64,000 bases of DNA, taken from positions 327,670,001-327,734,000 of the forward strand of contig OZ024740.1 in assembly GCA_964016885.1 (NCBI GenBank), read 5' to 3'. Positions within the stretch are counted from its first letter, which is position 1, and every line of letters starts with the position of its first letter. This document shows positions 29,988 through 44,000 of this stretch, one piece after another. The stretch comes from Eledone cirrhosa (lineage: Eukaryota). The notes beneath the pieces were generated by a model. It was not told where the DNA came from, did not search any database, and was given only the letters and a program-made list of their open reading frames with translations. Position numbers and translations under genes: made by a program.

Positions 29988-32290
29988 TTAATTGTAAGTT
30001 GTGATGTTGCTGTTCCACTCATATTTTCTATTTAATTTTCGTTGTAATTCTTTTATGTTTATTGCCTCTGTGATTTGTCTAAACATTGCGTCTTTTCTGT
30101 GTGTAGATTCTATTTTTATTTCTATCTTCTCTAATTTACCCTTGTTTTATTTTAGCATGTTGGTAGAGTACAGAGGATTCTTTACTATCTTGAAGGTCTC
30201 GCCAGTGTTCATTTATCCGTTCCCCTACACTACGAGCTGTCTCACCTATGTACACTATATTTTTGTCTCTACATTGTCCTTCAGAACATCTTATGCTATA
30301 CACTACATTTCTAGTTTTACAGTTAATATTGGGGCTTATTTTACAGGTTATACATTTCTTATCTATACAGGGGGGGGGGGTGAAAAGGGTATGTCTTGCT
30401 AATAAGTGTTTTTATGGAGGTACCTGGTCTTTCTACTATCTTAATATTGAGTTTATGTTTATCTAGGGCCCTTCTAAATTTGTAAGCTAATTCACCTCTA
30501 GGGGTTGTATCGATGAACATTACACTCTGGTATTTATTGCTATCATACCATGAGTTTATTCTATTAGCCTTATTCCTAGTTCTTTCTATTCTATTCCAAA
30601 ATTGGCTCCTATGCAAGAGGCAGGTCCCATTTGTGTCATTATTTACCATTTTTTCCCATTTGGTTCTGGCTCCTCTATACATTCTGATTTTATCTCTCTG
30701 ATTGTAACCAGAGAACTGCATACGGTGGATGGGGTGTTGTATGTGTCTCTCTAGTTCTTCGGGGTTGCACATGCGGGACACGTTTCTCATCACCCGTACC
30801 AAATCCGCAATCAGTATGTTGATTTTGGTATGGTCCGAAACAGCCGAGTTTCGGTGGAATAGATGTTTGGAAGTCATGGGTTTGGCATAATGGGAATGGA
30901 GGATTTGTTTTTTGTTATTAATGGTATCTAACCAGAGCTCTGTGTCTAGTACAGGTAATCGATGGTTGGGGTGTTTACTTGGGTAGTCTATAGTAACTCT
31001 AATACTCTGGTGGATTGAGTTAGCTATTTGCTGGATGCTTTCCATTGTGTTTTTCTCTAGTTCCTGACTGTTCTCTAGTGGGGGTGTCTTAACTACGATG
31101 TTTATATCATCAACGTAGCGGGAGTACATTATCAGGGTTAAGGAGTCTTCTAATTGTTCTTTAAGTTTAGGTTTAAGTCTACTGTCCCACCATACCATGA
31201 ATAAGTTAGCTATGTCGCCTGCAATGCTAACACCAATGGCTGCTCCCTCCTCTTGGGCATATGTTTTTCCATTAAATTTGAACATATGTTCCTTAAGGGT
31301 TAGTTTTATGCTGGCCCCTACCGCATGTGCAATCATTTTCTTCAGTTCATCGTGGTTTTCAGGTGTCCGTATGGCTCTGGTCCACCCGTTCCATCTATCT
31401 GTGTGGGTTTTCTTGGCCATTGAGGTAATGGTAGGTGGGCTGCCTCTTTCTGGTCTTGTAGGGCACAGGTTGCTAAGGTCATATGTGTCTAGGTAATTAT
31501 TACTATAGGTAAGTTTAAGTAGGAGTCCCAGCTCACTGGTATCAATCCCACGGAACTCAACATTGCTCTCACTGGTCATTTCTACGCATTTCTCCACAGC
31601 AAAATCCACGTCAATAGATGGATACAGGGACACAACATCCATACTACCTATTATGCAGTTTGTTAGGTCACTAGATCGGTTACTCCCGCCGATTCTGCTG
31701 AGGAGGTCCTCCGTGCTGTCACATACATCTGGGGACATTTCAATGATGGGGCGTATGATCAGGGAGAGGAAGTAGGACAGTCTGTAGTTACTAGCAATGT
31801 TAGCTCCACAGACTGGCCGTGTTGGTGGTCCCGTGACAGGGTCACTGCCCGTTTTATGGTCTTTTCGAAGCCCATACAACGCCGGCACGTCATTGTTCCA
31901 GGCCTGGAAGTTGTTGGAAGTCCTTTTGTTGGGCTGCATTATATTCGTCCACATCACCATATGGGCATTGAGGGCTTTTTCTCTATCCTCATGCTCCTGT
32001 GGTGTTACCTCTCTTGTGTTAGTGATGTGGGATTGCATTGCCTGGATGTAGTTTAGCAGGCTGTCAACCGACATTCTGCCAGACTTGTCTGTTGGAAAGC
32101 ATGCTATCTCTCCATTACGCGAGCACTGCATGAGCTTAAGCAAGCCATTTGCAGATTTTTCTCCCAGTTGCTGGGCCTCCATTCTATTATGCTTCTTGCT
32201 ATACTGTTCTATAATATTTCTAAGTTCGGATCTAGCTATACTAAATTGTGCTTCTGTTTGTTCATCGACCTCCGACGGCAATTGCGTGCG
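29988..32290 (-). pseudogene. PLE reverse transcriptase plus GIY-YIG endonuclease (RT open; endonuclease frameshifted near the G-run at ~30370)
   Basis: PTDKSGRM, LYGLRKDHK, PTRPVCGA, GSMDVVSLYPSI, QEEGAAIG..IANLFM..WD, YSRYVDD, DYPSKHPNHRLPVLD; the first ~58 aa of the 701-aa ORF are antisense pLTR. Confidence 0.92.
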
Positions 32291-32408
32291 GCGCATGCGC
32301 AGACGGATGTGGAGCATGCGCAGACTGAGCACACAACACACACACAGAAACAAAATGGCGTAGGACAGAACAAAGGAGCGGCACAAAAAACAAAGAAAAG
32401 AATCCCCA

Positions 32409-32451
32409 GTCACTGAAGAGGTCACAGAATGTGTGACGAAAGAACTTTGAC
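32409..32451 (+). ncRNA. Minimal hammerhead motif in copy 1 inverted pLTR
   Basis: GTCA-CTGAAGA-g-GTCACAgaatgTGTGAC-GAAA-GaaC-TT-TGAC. Confidence 0.7.
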
Positions 32452-33118
32452 AATATATAAACAACTACCTGGTTGTGGAACTAACCAACCAACCAACCAG
32501 AAATTTATAAATTCCTAAATTTATAAATTTATTATAATAAATTGAAGTGAAAGCAACTGGTGCGTGTGTTTCTTATTGGCAACATGACCCTCCCAAAGTA
32601 TAACAATATATATATATATATTTCTCGTAAAGTTATCTTTGTTTTTTTTTGCGATTTCAGTCAAAATTCTTATCACCACACGGACTTCTGAAGTCCACAT
32701 GCTATGCATACTAATTTCGTCCATCGCCAAAAGTTAAGTATGTGAACACTCAGTGTTGTTCATGATAGCTTTTGGAATATCCGGCTATATTAGATTCCAA
32801 TTTTGTGCGAGAACACTTGATTAGTTGAAAAAATGAATACGTCATAAAAAAGTGAGGTATTTATATATATGTATATATATATATTTCGTTTCTGAATTTG
32901 TTTAGCAAGATTCTTTATCTGAAATCGTGTGTTGAAACCGATATTGTTATACTTTGGGAGGGTCATGTTGCCAATAAGAAACACACGCACGAGTTGCTTT
33001 CACTTCAATTTATTATATATTTATAAATTTATAAATTTACAAATCTACAAACCTATAAATTTATAAATTTCTGGTTGGTTGGTTGGTTCCACAACCAGAT
33101 AGATGTTTATATCTATTG

Positions 33119-34758
33119 ACGTATCCATCAATTGACGTGGATTTTGCTGTGGAGAAATGCGTAGAAATGATCAGCGAGAGCAAGGTTGAGTTCCGTGGGA
33201 TTGATACCAGTGAGCTGGGACTTCTACTTAAGCTTAACCATAGTAATAGTTACCTAGACACTTATGACCTTAGCAACCTGTGCCCTACAAGACCAGCAAG
33301 AGGCAGACCACCTACCATTACCTCAATGGCCAAGAAAACCCACACAGATAGATGGAACGGGTGGACCAGAGCCATACGGACACCCGAAAACCACGATGAA
33401 CTGAAGAAAATGATTGCACATGCGGTAGGGGCCAGCATAAAATTAACCCTTAAGGAACATATGTTCAAATTTAATGGTAAAACATATGCCCAAGAGGAAG
33501 GAGCAGCCATTGGTGTTAGCATTGCAGGCGACATAGCTAACTTATTCATGGTATGGTGGGACAGTAGACTTAAACAAAAACTTAAAGAACAATTAGAAGA
33601 CAGCTTAACCCTGATAATGTACTCCCGCTACGTAGATGATATAAACATCGTAGTTAAGACACACCCACTAAAGAACAGTCAGGAACTAGAGAAAAACACA
33701 ATGGAGAGCATCCAGCAAATAGCTAACTCCATCCACCAGAGCATTAGCGTTACTATAGATTACCCAAGTAGACACCCCAACCATCGATTACCTGTACTAG
33801 ACACAGAGCTCTGGTTAGATACCATTAACAACCAAAAACAAATCCTCCATTCCCATTATGCCAAACAGATGACTTCCAAACATCTGATCCACCGAAACTA
33901 GGCCATTTCGGACCATACCAAAATCAACATACTGATTGCGGATTTGGTACGGGTGATGAGAAATGTGTCCCGCATGTGCAACCCCAAAGAACTAGAGAGA
34001 CACATACAACACTTCATCCACCGTATTCAGTTCTCTGGCTACAATCAGAGAGATAGAATCAGAGTGTATAGAGGAGCCAGAACCAAATGGGAAAAAATGG
34101 TAAATAATGACATAAATGGGACCTGCCCCTTGTATAGGAGCAAATTTTGGAATAGAATAGAAAGAACTAGGAACAAGGCCAATAGAATAAACTCATGGTA
34201 TGATAGCAATAAATACCAGAGTGTAATGTTCATCAATACAACCCCTAGAGGCGAACTAGCCTACAAATTTAGAAGGGCCCTAAATAAACATAAACTCAAT
34301 ATTAAGATAGTAGAAAGACCAGGTACCTCCGTAAAAACACTTATTAGCAAGACATACCCATTCCAAAGACCCTCATGTATAGATAAGAAATGTATAACCT
34401 GTAAAATAAGCCCCCATATTAACTGTAAAACTAGAAATGTAGTGTATAGCATAAGATGTACTGAAGGACAATGTAGAAACAAAAATATAGTGTACATAGG
34501 TGAGACAGCTCGTAGTATAGGGAACGAATAAATGAACACTGGCGAGACCTTCAAGATAATAAAGAATCATCTGTGCTCTACCAACATGCTAAGATAGAAC
34601 ACAGGGGTAGATTAGAGAACATAGAAATAAAAATAGAATCCACACACAGAAAAGATGCAATGTTTAGGCAAATTACAGAGGCAGTAAGCATAAAAGAATT
34701 ACAACCAAAATTAAATAGAAAATATGAGTGGAACAGCAACATCACAACTTACAATTAA
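33119..34758 (+). pseudogene. PLE RT (C-terminal half) plus GIY-YIG endonuclease; stop at 33899-33901 and frameshift at ~34520
   Basis: YSRYVDD; CIDKKCITC...CKTRNVVYSIRC....C...VYIGETARS; HAKIEH...RQITEAV.IK.LQPKLNRKYEW. Confidence 0.92.
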
Positions 34759-34966
34759 GGATAAAATGAAAACACACACACACATAGAACAAACAACCAA
34801 CCAACAATAAATAAATAAATAAATAAACAAATAGATAAATGAACACAAACACACACAGACACCCGGATGTGGCGCATGCGCAAACTGAGCACACAACACA
34901 CACACAGAAACAAAATGGCGTAGGATAGAAGAAAGGAAAGGCACAGAAACAAAGAAAGGAATCCCC

Positions 34967-35011
34967 AGTCACTGAAGAGGTCACAGAGTGTGTGACGAAA
35001 GGACTATGACT
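34967..35011 (+). ncRNA. Minimal hammerhead motif in copy 2 3' pLTR
   Basis: AGTCA-CTGAAGA-g-GTCACAgagtgTGTGAC-GAAA-GgaC-TA-TGACT; 5-bp stem I, CUA site. Confidence 0.75.
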
Positions 35012-35177
35012 ATATATAAACAACTATCTGGTTGTGGAACCAACCAACCAACCAGAAATTTATAAATTTATAGGTTTGTAGATTTGTAAATTTATAAATT
35101 TATAAATATATAATAAATTGAAGTGAGAGCAACTGGTGCGTGTGTTTTTTATTGGCAACATGACCCTCCCAAAGTAT

Positions 35178-35248
<71 letters not shown>

Positions 35249-35257
35249 CATATATAC

Positions 35258-35347
<90 letters not shown>

Positions 35348-35451
35348 GACGTAAAATAAGAAAATTTATATATATATATATATATATATTTATATGAAAG
35401 ACGTAAAATAAGAAAATTTTTATAATTAAAATTTAACTTACTAAAATTTTC

Positions 35452-35533
35452 ACTCCAACTAATTAGTTTCTGTAAGGGAGTAAATATAGTTACGTAATGT
35501 AACTACAGAGAATTCCTTACGTCATCAGGGAGT
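35452..35533 (-). ncRNA. Type I hammerhead ribozyme, copy A of a tandem pair
   Basis: ACTCC-CTGATGA-c-GTAAGG...CCTTAC-a-GAAA-CTAATTAG-TT-GGAGT; palindromic ACTAATTAGT; GUU site. Confidence 0.78.
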
Positions 35534-35994
35534 CTATTCTCAACTAAGTTCCCAGGCAATGCGCGGACACTAGGAACCCATATAAAAATAATAATTCAGT
35601 GGATGGAATAAAGCTAGCGGGGACTAAATTCCAGAGCACTGAAAAGAATTCACTGCCTACTGGGTCAGTGGCAAATTCTAAAGAATCAATCACGTGACAC
35701 TGAGGTCAATCACCGAGGAGTGGGGTGGTATTATGACAAGTGCCTACTACTACTACCATGAACCATGTCAGTAAATTTTGGCAAGTTTTACTCAACAAAT
35801 AATTTGGAGATAAATATAGAGAATTAGTATATCTACCAACATATGTATACAGATGTATACCCATGCCAGCAAATATATATGTTATCTCTTAGTACCTTTG
35901 TGGTTCTATGCAGGGGGATGCAGAACAATTATATGAACGACGTAAAATAAGAAAATTTTAAAAATTAAAAATTAACTTACTTACTAAAATTTTC

Positions 35995-36076
35995 ACTCCA
36001 ACTAATTAGTTTCTGTAAGGGAGTAAATATAGTTACGTAATGTAACTACAGAGAATTCTTTACGTCATCAGGGAGT
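35995..36076 (-). ncRNA. Type I hammerhead ribozyme, copy B of the tandem pair (543 nt from copy A)
   Basis: Same motif as 35452-35533 with one stem II substitution. Confidence 0.75.
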
Positions 36077-36184
36077 CTATTCTCAGCTAAGTTCCCAAAA
36101 GAACCACAAAGGTACTAATACATAACATATATATTTGCTGGCATGGGTATACATCTGTATACATATGTTGGTAGATATACTAAT

Positions 36185-36230
<46 letters not shown>

Positions 36231-38572
36231 GCAAGACAGTTTATTTCACATTGCTCCAATTAATGAGTTGCGATTTACCAAGCTCTATCGGCCGTTGCCT
36301 TTCCTTTGGACAACACTGATGGCGTGGTTGTGGATCTGTATGCAGTTGTGGCTAGCTGCATATATTCTAGCCATTAGAAAAAGCAAAAATGAATGCTCTG
36401 TGTGGGGAGGAGGCGTGTGCGTGTGTGAACAGCTGAAAACATCTCAGGTATTACTCTGTGACCTCGAGATTTTTCTTATACACATGTGTATGTATATATA
36501 AATACATGTATGTATGTGAGTGTGTTGTACTTTCAAGCATATTTTCACCAAGTATGCGAGTGTCCCTGTTTTGTTTAATGTTCGTTTATGTTGAATAATT
36601 TAACGAGAGAAATAAAATAAGTGTCAGGTTTGAATAAAATCACTATTGGTATCGATATGATCGCACGAATCCTTGCATTGCCGCAGCTGAATGACTGAAG
36701 CAAGAAAAAAGTTAAAAGATATACATATTGTGGGAGAGGTAAGAACGAGAGAGATAGGAGGAATAATTTAATGGAGGGTATAACTCTAATTTTGTAATTA
36801 TAAACCTCGCTCTGAAAACCTCAGCGTTTTGTTTATTCTATTCGAACATAGAAAAATATATAGCTATGTACGAAATTTATCTCAGATTCTCTAATGTATG
36901 ATATGCTGTGTATAAATATTTGTGTGTGTATGTGTATGCGTATGTGTATGTGTATACGCATATTTTGTGTATACACATATGTATGTATGCATATGTGCGT
37001 GTGTGTGTGCATTAACATACACAGATCTAGCCCCATTTTATTTAATCAAGTATCATTTATTTTAAAAGATATATAGAAATTAGCGTCTAACTGTTGCTTT
37101 GATCACTCCATCAAAACTGTGGGTTTTTGATAATGTGTATTCGTATTTATTTAAGGTTTTGTTTTATTTTGGTGTTTAGATTTGGGTCTCAAAGTCGTCG
37201 TGGTTCGACATACAGAACTTAGTCAATTTGCCCTCAAATTTCACCCTACCGTATTATATAAGGCATAATGTAATCCTAAATGTATCCCTTAAAAGGACTG
37301 CGTGGTCACAGTGTAATGGGAGATCTGGTCGATTGAGACTGACTTGGAACTAAACAACAAGAAAATCAAAGACATCAACAAAGATGTAGTGTTTTTAAGG
37401 TGCCAAAATAAATAATTGTTACCGGGAGTCTTCATAATTAATATAAATTAATATAAATTAATATCAAAATGATAATTGTTATCTTGGTATCAAAAGCCAG
37501 CTACGAGTTCGCTCATGAATTTTAATGATGTTGCAGCTTCAGTCGAGTTATAAGATATATATATTAGATTTAGATTTCATTAAAATATGTAAACAACTTG
37601 TTAAGTAATTATATTCGCAATCACATGGTTTCAGCCTTCGATCCCACTACGTGACACTTCTATTTGTGGTAACTTACATTACAAGCCCTATCTAAATGAT
37701 TCGTACAGCTAGTTTCAACTGATTCTCTACGTTCACGGGCAATTGGCTTATTCATAAAAGCTATGAAACCTGAAATATTCTCGACAGCTAAGTAACCCAA
37801 AAGTGAACTGACATAAAACATATATATGTAACGACTCGATTCTCCTGATGGAGTCGTAGGGATGCCATAGGGACATATGTCTGTGGCACATTAAACCAGG
37901 CGGTGCCCATCCCTCTCCACGTCTAAACACAGCCGTTTCCTTTCAGAGAGAAAGAGAAAGGAAGTGAAAAAGAATTATAAAGAATGAATCAACTCTAGTA
38001 CTAGATTGGTATTTTATCAGCCTCGAAAGAAAGAAAGACAAAATTCTCAAAACATAATGTAACCCCATATTATAGGCTTGAACTAACGATTTCTTATCCA
38101 TTCTACTACCCTCACCGCTGCGTATGTATTAAGAATCAAACATTTAGAGTTATTTATTATAATATTAATATTTATTTCTGTTTTAAGCGAAATTGAAGAT
38201 TCGATCTCGACTTTAAGTGATTATACAAGGAACAAATAATATAAGTCAAGCAGCTAGATGAACTTTGTTGTCGTCGAAGTGTGATATTTCTACAGGGCAT
38301 CGTAAAGTAACATTACACCATGACAACCGGATTTACTGCAATCAATAAATTCCGACATTTTCAACTTAGTGTTTCAAGTTTAACGTTGGTGACGGCAAAT
38401 TTATTTTATTTGTGTGCTTGCCTACCATTGAGAATATTCAGTGAATCTATTAACGCATATGGTGTATTTATAGAAACATATATATATATATATGTGGTAA
38501 ATTTCACTTTTCGTTGGTAAACTAAAACTTATGGAGGGGTTATATAACTGTCTGTTTTTTCCTAACATATTG

Positions 38573-38607
<35 letters not shown>

Positions 38608-38904
38608 GAGAGAGAGGGGGGGTGCGTGTGTGTATTATTTTACTGGTTTCAATCATTAGACTGGGGTCATGTTGGAGCATCACTTTCTTGATTTACTCGA
38701 TCATATCAATCTCTAATAGTTATTCCTTTCAATTCTCGTACTTATTTTATCGATTATCTTTTTGTCGAAACGCTTGAATTACGACAAATAAACAGACACA
38801 GACGCAAACATAAACACAGACATACACACACATATATGTATGTATGTATGTATGTTTGTATATATATATATATGTGTGTGTGTGTGTATATATATATATG
38901 TATG

Positions 38905-38964
<60 letters not shown>

Positions 38965-39245
38965 GAGAGAGAGAAGGGCAGACAGAGTGAGGGAGTGTAT
39001 ATGTATTCATATACAAAACATACACAGAATGTTTTATTTATAAAATCTATAAGTTATGAACTTCAATATACCATAGTAAGCCATATTGATGAATAATCAT
39101 AATCATGAATTATGTATATAATATTCTTACGTGGATATTGGGTTAACTGCAATACGACCACAGCGATAATATGTGTATGCTTATTACACAAACATATTGT
39201 CTATCAGTTCCTCACGACTCCAAAGTCCTATACGGTCTGTTAGTG

Positions 39246-39345
<100 letters not shown>

Positions 39346-39641
39346 ATGTAGAAAAGTAACGCACGTGTTGATATATATAAAAACAAAGAGTAGAAAGGAT
39401 AAAGATTTTTTCAGTAGAAAATATTGAGGAGCTTTTTTCACTGAAGTATCAAAACATTAATTTATTTACAATACCGGTTTCAGCATTATATGCAATGTCA
39501 ATTGCGGATATGCTGAATATTGTTGAATTTTCACATACATGTTAATTCAGAGAAAAGAGTTCATTTCTCTGTCCATCCTTCTCTGTTAATAGCTATTGAT
39601 AATTCACTGGAAAAATCTTTTTTTCCTTTCTACTCTTTGTT

Positions 39642-39734
<93 letters not shown>

Positions 39735-39739
39735 CCCAG

Positions 39740-40300
39740 TACAACCTGTCTCATGGTCGGGTCGTTGGCGACTAAACTGGCAACCCAACCAAGGTTTCTT
39801 GGTGAGGAGGGTGACTTTGGACATCCTGCAGGACTAAAAACAAAACCTGTCAAAGGGCAACGGAGCTCTTAAGAGTCAATGGCCATTCAAAATCACCGGG
39901 AGAGATGACCCCTTAGCCTTTGTCAAGGCAGAATTCTAGGAGAAGGAAAACTCTGATATAACACCTGCAACCCTGATGGTATCCAATGATGTTGACTTGT
40001 TCTTCTTTTTGGTAAATATCATCTTGGTTAAGAGAGTGGGACTGGGTTTGTGCAGTGCCTTTGCTCACTATAAAAGCTTCACGGCACAGGCATTGCTTTA
40101 TATCTGGAGATCTCTCTGCACTTGTCATCACATGGTTCCATGGGCCCTGCACTATGTGTCAGTAATTGTCACAAGTGTAGTGTATGTACCAGAGTTTTCA
40201 AGTCGCTGGCTGGACTAAAAAGTCACACTCCTTCAGCGCATCGGTAGGGGTTCTCCTACATGGATATAAAGTAGTGGCCGTACTCGAAAACGAGTTGGCA
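39740..40300. mobile_element. Probable rearranged 5' region of an RTE-like LINE inserted in (TA)n
   Basis: GC-richer block with 5' UTR-like 'aaaacctgtcaaaggg...ggagaaggaaaactctgat..aacc' followed by a decayed coding-like segment; no clean motif. Confidence 0.35.
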
Positions 40301-40468
40301 GCCACTATATATATATATAGATATATATATATTTATTTATGTAATAAACAACATAAGATAATTATTTCTAAGAAATAATTATCTTATGTTGTTTATTACT
40401 TAACTATTAAGCTCTGTAACCTACATAGAGCACTCTTTTTTCCTGGACCTTTCCGACGGAATTACTTC

Positions 40469-40620
<152 letters not shown>

Positions 40621-40828
40621 CGTTTCTGAATTTGTTTAGCAAGATTCTTTATCTGTAAACGTGTGTTGAAACCAATATTGTTATACTTGGGGAGGGTCAT
40701 GTTGCCAATAAGAAACACACGCACCAGTTGCTTTCACTTCAATTTATTATAATAAATTTATAAATTTAGGAATTTATAAATTTCCGGTTGGTTGGTTGGT
40801 TCCACAACCAGATGGTTGTTTATATATT

Positions 40829-40871
40829 GTCAAAGTTCTTTCGTCACACATTCTGTGACCTCTTCAGTGAC
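40829..40871 (-). ncRNA. Minimal hammerhead motif in copy 3 pLTR
   Basis: Same motif as 32409-32451 in reverse complement. Confidence 0.7.
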
Positions 40872-41072
40872 TGGGGATTCTTTTCTTTGTTTTTGTGCCT
40901 CTCCTTTGTTCTGTCCTACGCCATCTTGTTTCTGTGTGTGTGTTGTGTGCTCAGTCTGCGCATGCGCCGCATCCGGGTGTCTGTGCGTGTTTATATGCGT
41001 TTATTTATTTGTTTATTTACATGTTACAGGTTGGTTGTTTGTTCTATGTGCGTGTGTGTTTTCATTTTGTCC

Positions 41073-44000
41073 TTAATTGTAAGTTGTGATGTTGCTGTTC
41101 CACTCATGTTTTCTATTTAATTTTGGTTGTAATTCTTTTATGTTTATTGCCTCTGTGATTTGTCTAAACATTGCATCTTTTCTGTGTGTAGATTCTATTT
41201 TTATTTCTATGTTCTCTAATTTACCCTTATGTTCTATTTTAGCATGTTGGTAAAGTACAGATGATTCTTTACTATCTTGAAGGTCTCGCCAGTGTTCATT
41301 TATCCGTTCCCCTACACTACGAGCTGTCTCACTTATGTACACTATATTTTTGTTTCTACATTGTCCTTCAGTACATCTTATGCTATATACTACATTTCTA
41401 GTTTTACAGTTAATATGGGGGCTTAATTTACAGGTTATACATTTCTTATCTATACAGGGGGGTCTTTGAAAAGGGTATGTCTTGCTAATAAGTGTTTTTA
41501 TGGAGGTACCTGGTCTTTCTACTATCTTAATATTGAGTTTATGTTTATCTAGGGCCCTTCTAAATTTGTAAGCTAATTCACCTCTAGGGGTTGTATTGAT
41601 GAACATTACACTCTGGTATTTATTGCTATCATACCATGAGTTTATTCTATTAGCCTTTTTCCTAGTTCTTGCTATTCTATTCCAAAATTGGCTCCTATAC
41701 AAGGGGCAAGTCCCATTTGTGTCATTATTTACCATTTTTTCCCATTTGGTTCTGGCTCCTCTATACACTCTGATTTTATCTCTCTGATTGTAACCAGAGA
41801 ACTGCATACGGTGGATGAAGTGTTGTATGTGTCTCTCTAGTTCTTCGGGGTTGCACATGCGGGACACGTTTCTCATCACCCGTACCAAATCCGCAATCAG
41901 TATGTTGATTTTGGTATGGTCCGAACAGCTGAGTTTCTGTGGATCAGATATTTGGAAGTCATGGGTTTGGCATAATGGGAATGGAGGATTTGTTTTTTGT
42001 TATTAATGGTATCTAACCAGAGTTCTGTGTCTAGTACAGGTAATCGATGGTTTGGGTGTTAACTTGGGTAGTCTATAGTAACTCTAATACTCTGGTGGAT
42101 TGAGTTAGCTATTTGCTGGATGCTTTCCATTGTGTTTTTCTCTAGTTCCTGACTGTTCTCTAGTGGGGGTGTCTTAACTACGATGTTTATATCATCAACG
42201 TAGCGGGAGTACATTATCAGGGTTAAGGTGTCTTCTAATTGTTCTTTAAGTTTAAGTTTAAGGCTACTGTCCCACCATACCATGAATAAGTTAGCTATGT
42301 CGCCTGAAATGCTAACACCAATGGCTGCTCCTTCCTCTTGGGCATATGTTTTTCCATTAAATTTGAACATATGTTCCTTAAGGGTTAATTTTATGCTGGC
42401 CCCCACCGCATGTGCAATCATTTTCTTTAGTTCATCGTGGTTTTCGGGTGTCCGTATGGCTCTGGTCCACCCGTTCTATCTATCTGTGTGGGTTTTCTTG
42501 TCCATTGAGGTAATGGTAGGTGATCTGCCTCTTGCTGGTCTTGTAGGGCACAGGTTGCTAAGGTCATATGTGTCTAGGTAATTATTACCATAGGTAAGTT
42601 TAAGTAGGAGTCCCAGCTCACTGGTATCAATCCCACGGAACTCAACATTGCTCTCACTGGTCATTTCTACGCATTTCTCCACAGCAAAATCCACGTCAAT
42701 AGATGGATACAGTGAAACAACATCCATACTACCTATTATGCAGTCTGTTAGGTCCCTAGATCGGTTACTCTCGCCGATTCTGCTGAGGAAGTCCTCCGTG
42801 CTGTCACATACATCTGGGGATATTTCAATGATGGGGCGTATGATCAGGAAGAGGAAGTAGGACAGTCTGTAGTTACTAGTAATGTTAGCTCCACAGACTG
42901 GCCGTGTTGGTGGTCCCGTGACAGGGTCACTGCCCGTTTTATGGTCTTTTCGAAGCCCATACAACGCTGGCACGTCATTGTTCCAGGCCTGGAAGTTGTT
43001 GGTAGTCCTTTTGTTGGGCTGCATTATATTTGTCCACATCACCATATGGGCATTGAGGGCTTTTTCTCTATCCTCATGCTCTTGTGGTGTTACTTCTCTT
43101 GTGTTAGTGATGTGGGGTTGAATTGCCTGGATGTAGTTTGGCAGACTGTCAACCGACATTCTGCCAGACTTGTCTGTTGGAAAGCATGCTATCTCTCCAT
43201 TACGCGAGCGCTGCATGAGCTTACGCAAGCCATTTGCAGATTTTTCTCCCTGTTGCTGGGCCTCCATTCTATTATGCTTCTTGCTATACTGTTCTATAAT
43301 ATTTCTAAGTTTAGATCTAGCTATACTAAATTTTGCTTCTGTTTGTTCATCGCCCTGCGACGGCAATTGCGTGCGTTTGTTAAAAGCTAAAGTCGTGGCG
43401 TGGACTCGTTGCAGGTCGAACGACTTATCGGAGGGATTATAAAAAGTAGAGTTCCAGGCTGCTGCTTTATGTGTACTAGTGCTATTGTTATTGTTAGTTG
43501 TGTTGTTTCTATTTCTATTTCCACCAACAGCCTCATGGTTGTTTCTATGTTTCTAATATTTCCATTATTACTCCTGTCTCTTTCCTCTGGCTCATTGTTA
43601 TTATTTACTCTATTTTGTGTGTCTGTGTGTTCGTCTTGGTTATTTTCTCTGTCCATAGTCTCCCTTCTCCTTTCAATCCTATTACCTTCCCTTATTTCTG
43701 TGCTACTGCCATTACCTGTTTTCTGTGTCTGTGTGTTTGTTAAGATTGTGGTGGTGGTGAGAGGCATTGAATGTGTGTGTGTTGTTGTTGTTGTTGTTGA
43801 TGTGTGCTGTTGTTGATGTGTGTTGTTGTTGTCTCCGTGCGTGTTATTATTGTTGTGTGTGTTGTTATTGTTGTTTGTGTCTGTGTGTCTGTTGTTGTTT
43901 CTGAGTATGTTATTATTGTTGATGTGTGTGTTGTTGTTATTGTTGTTTGTGTCTGTGTGTCTGTTTTTGTTGGGATGTGTGTTGTATATGTGTGTGCGTA

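Larger units (their letters stand above)
29532..32608 (-). mobile_element. Penelope-like element copy 1 (Naiad-like), 5'-truncated with an inverted pLTR at 32291-32608
   Basis: 3' pLTR plus tail at 29532-~29890, inverted copy at the right end, RT-EN between, (TA)n on both flanks. Confidence 0.92.
32883..35185 (+). mobile_element. Penelope-like element copy 2 (Naiad-like), with an inverted pLTR and tail at 32883-~33115
   Basis: Same pLTR family as copy 1; RT starts abruptly at YPSIDVDFAVEK; 3' pLTR at ~34860-35185; (TA)n flanks. Confidence 0.92.
35396..36189 (-). mobile_element. Non-coding element with tandem pLTRs (~35396-35553, ~35935-36097) and an inverted tail (~36100-36189 vs ~35820-35910)
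   Basis: Direct and inverted repeats read from the sequence; (TA)n flanks; no ORF. Confidence 0.8.
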
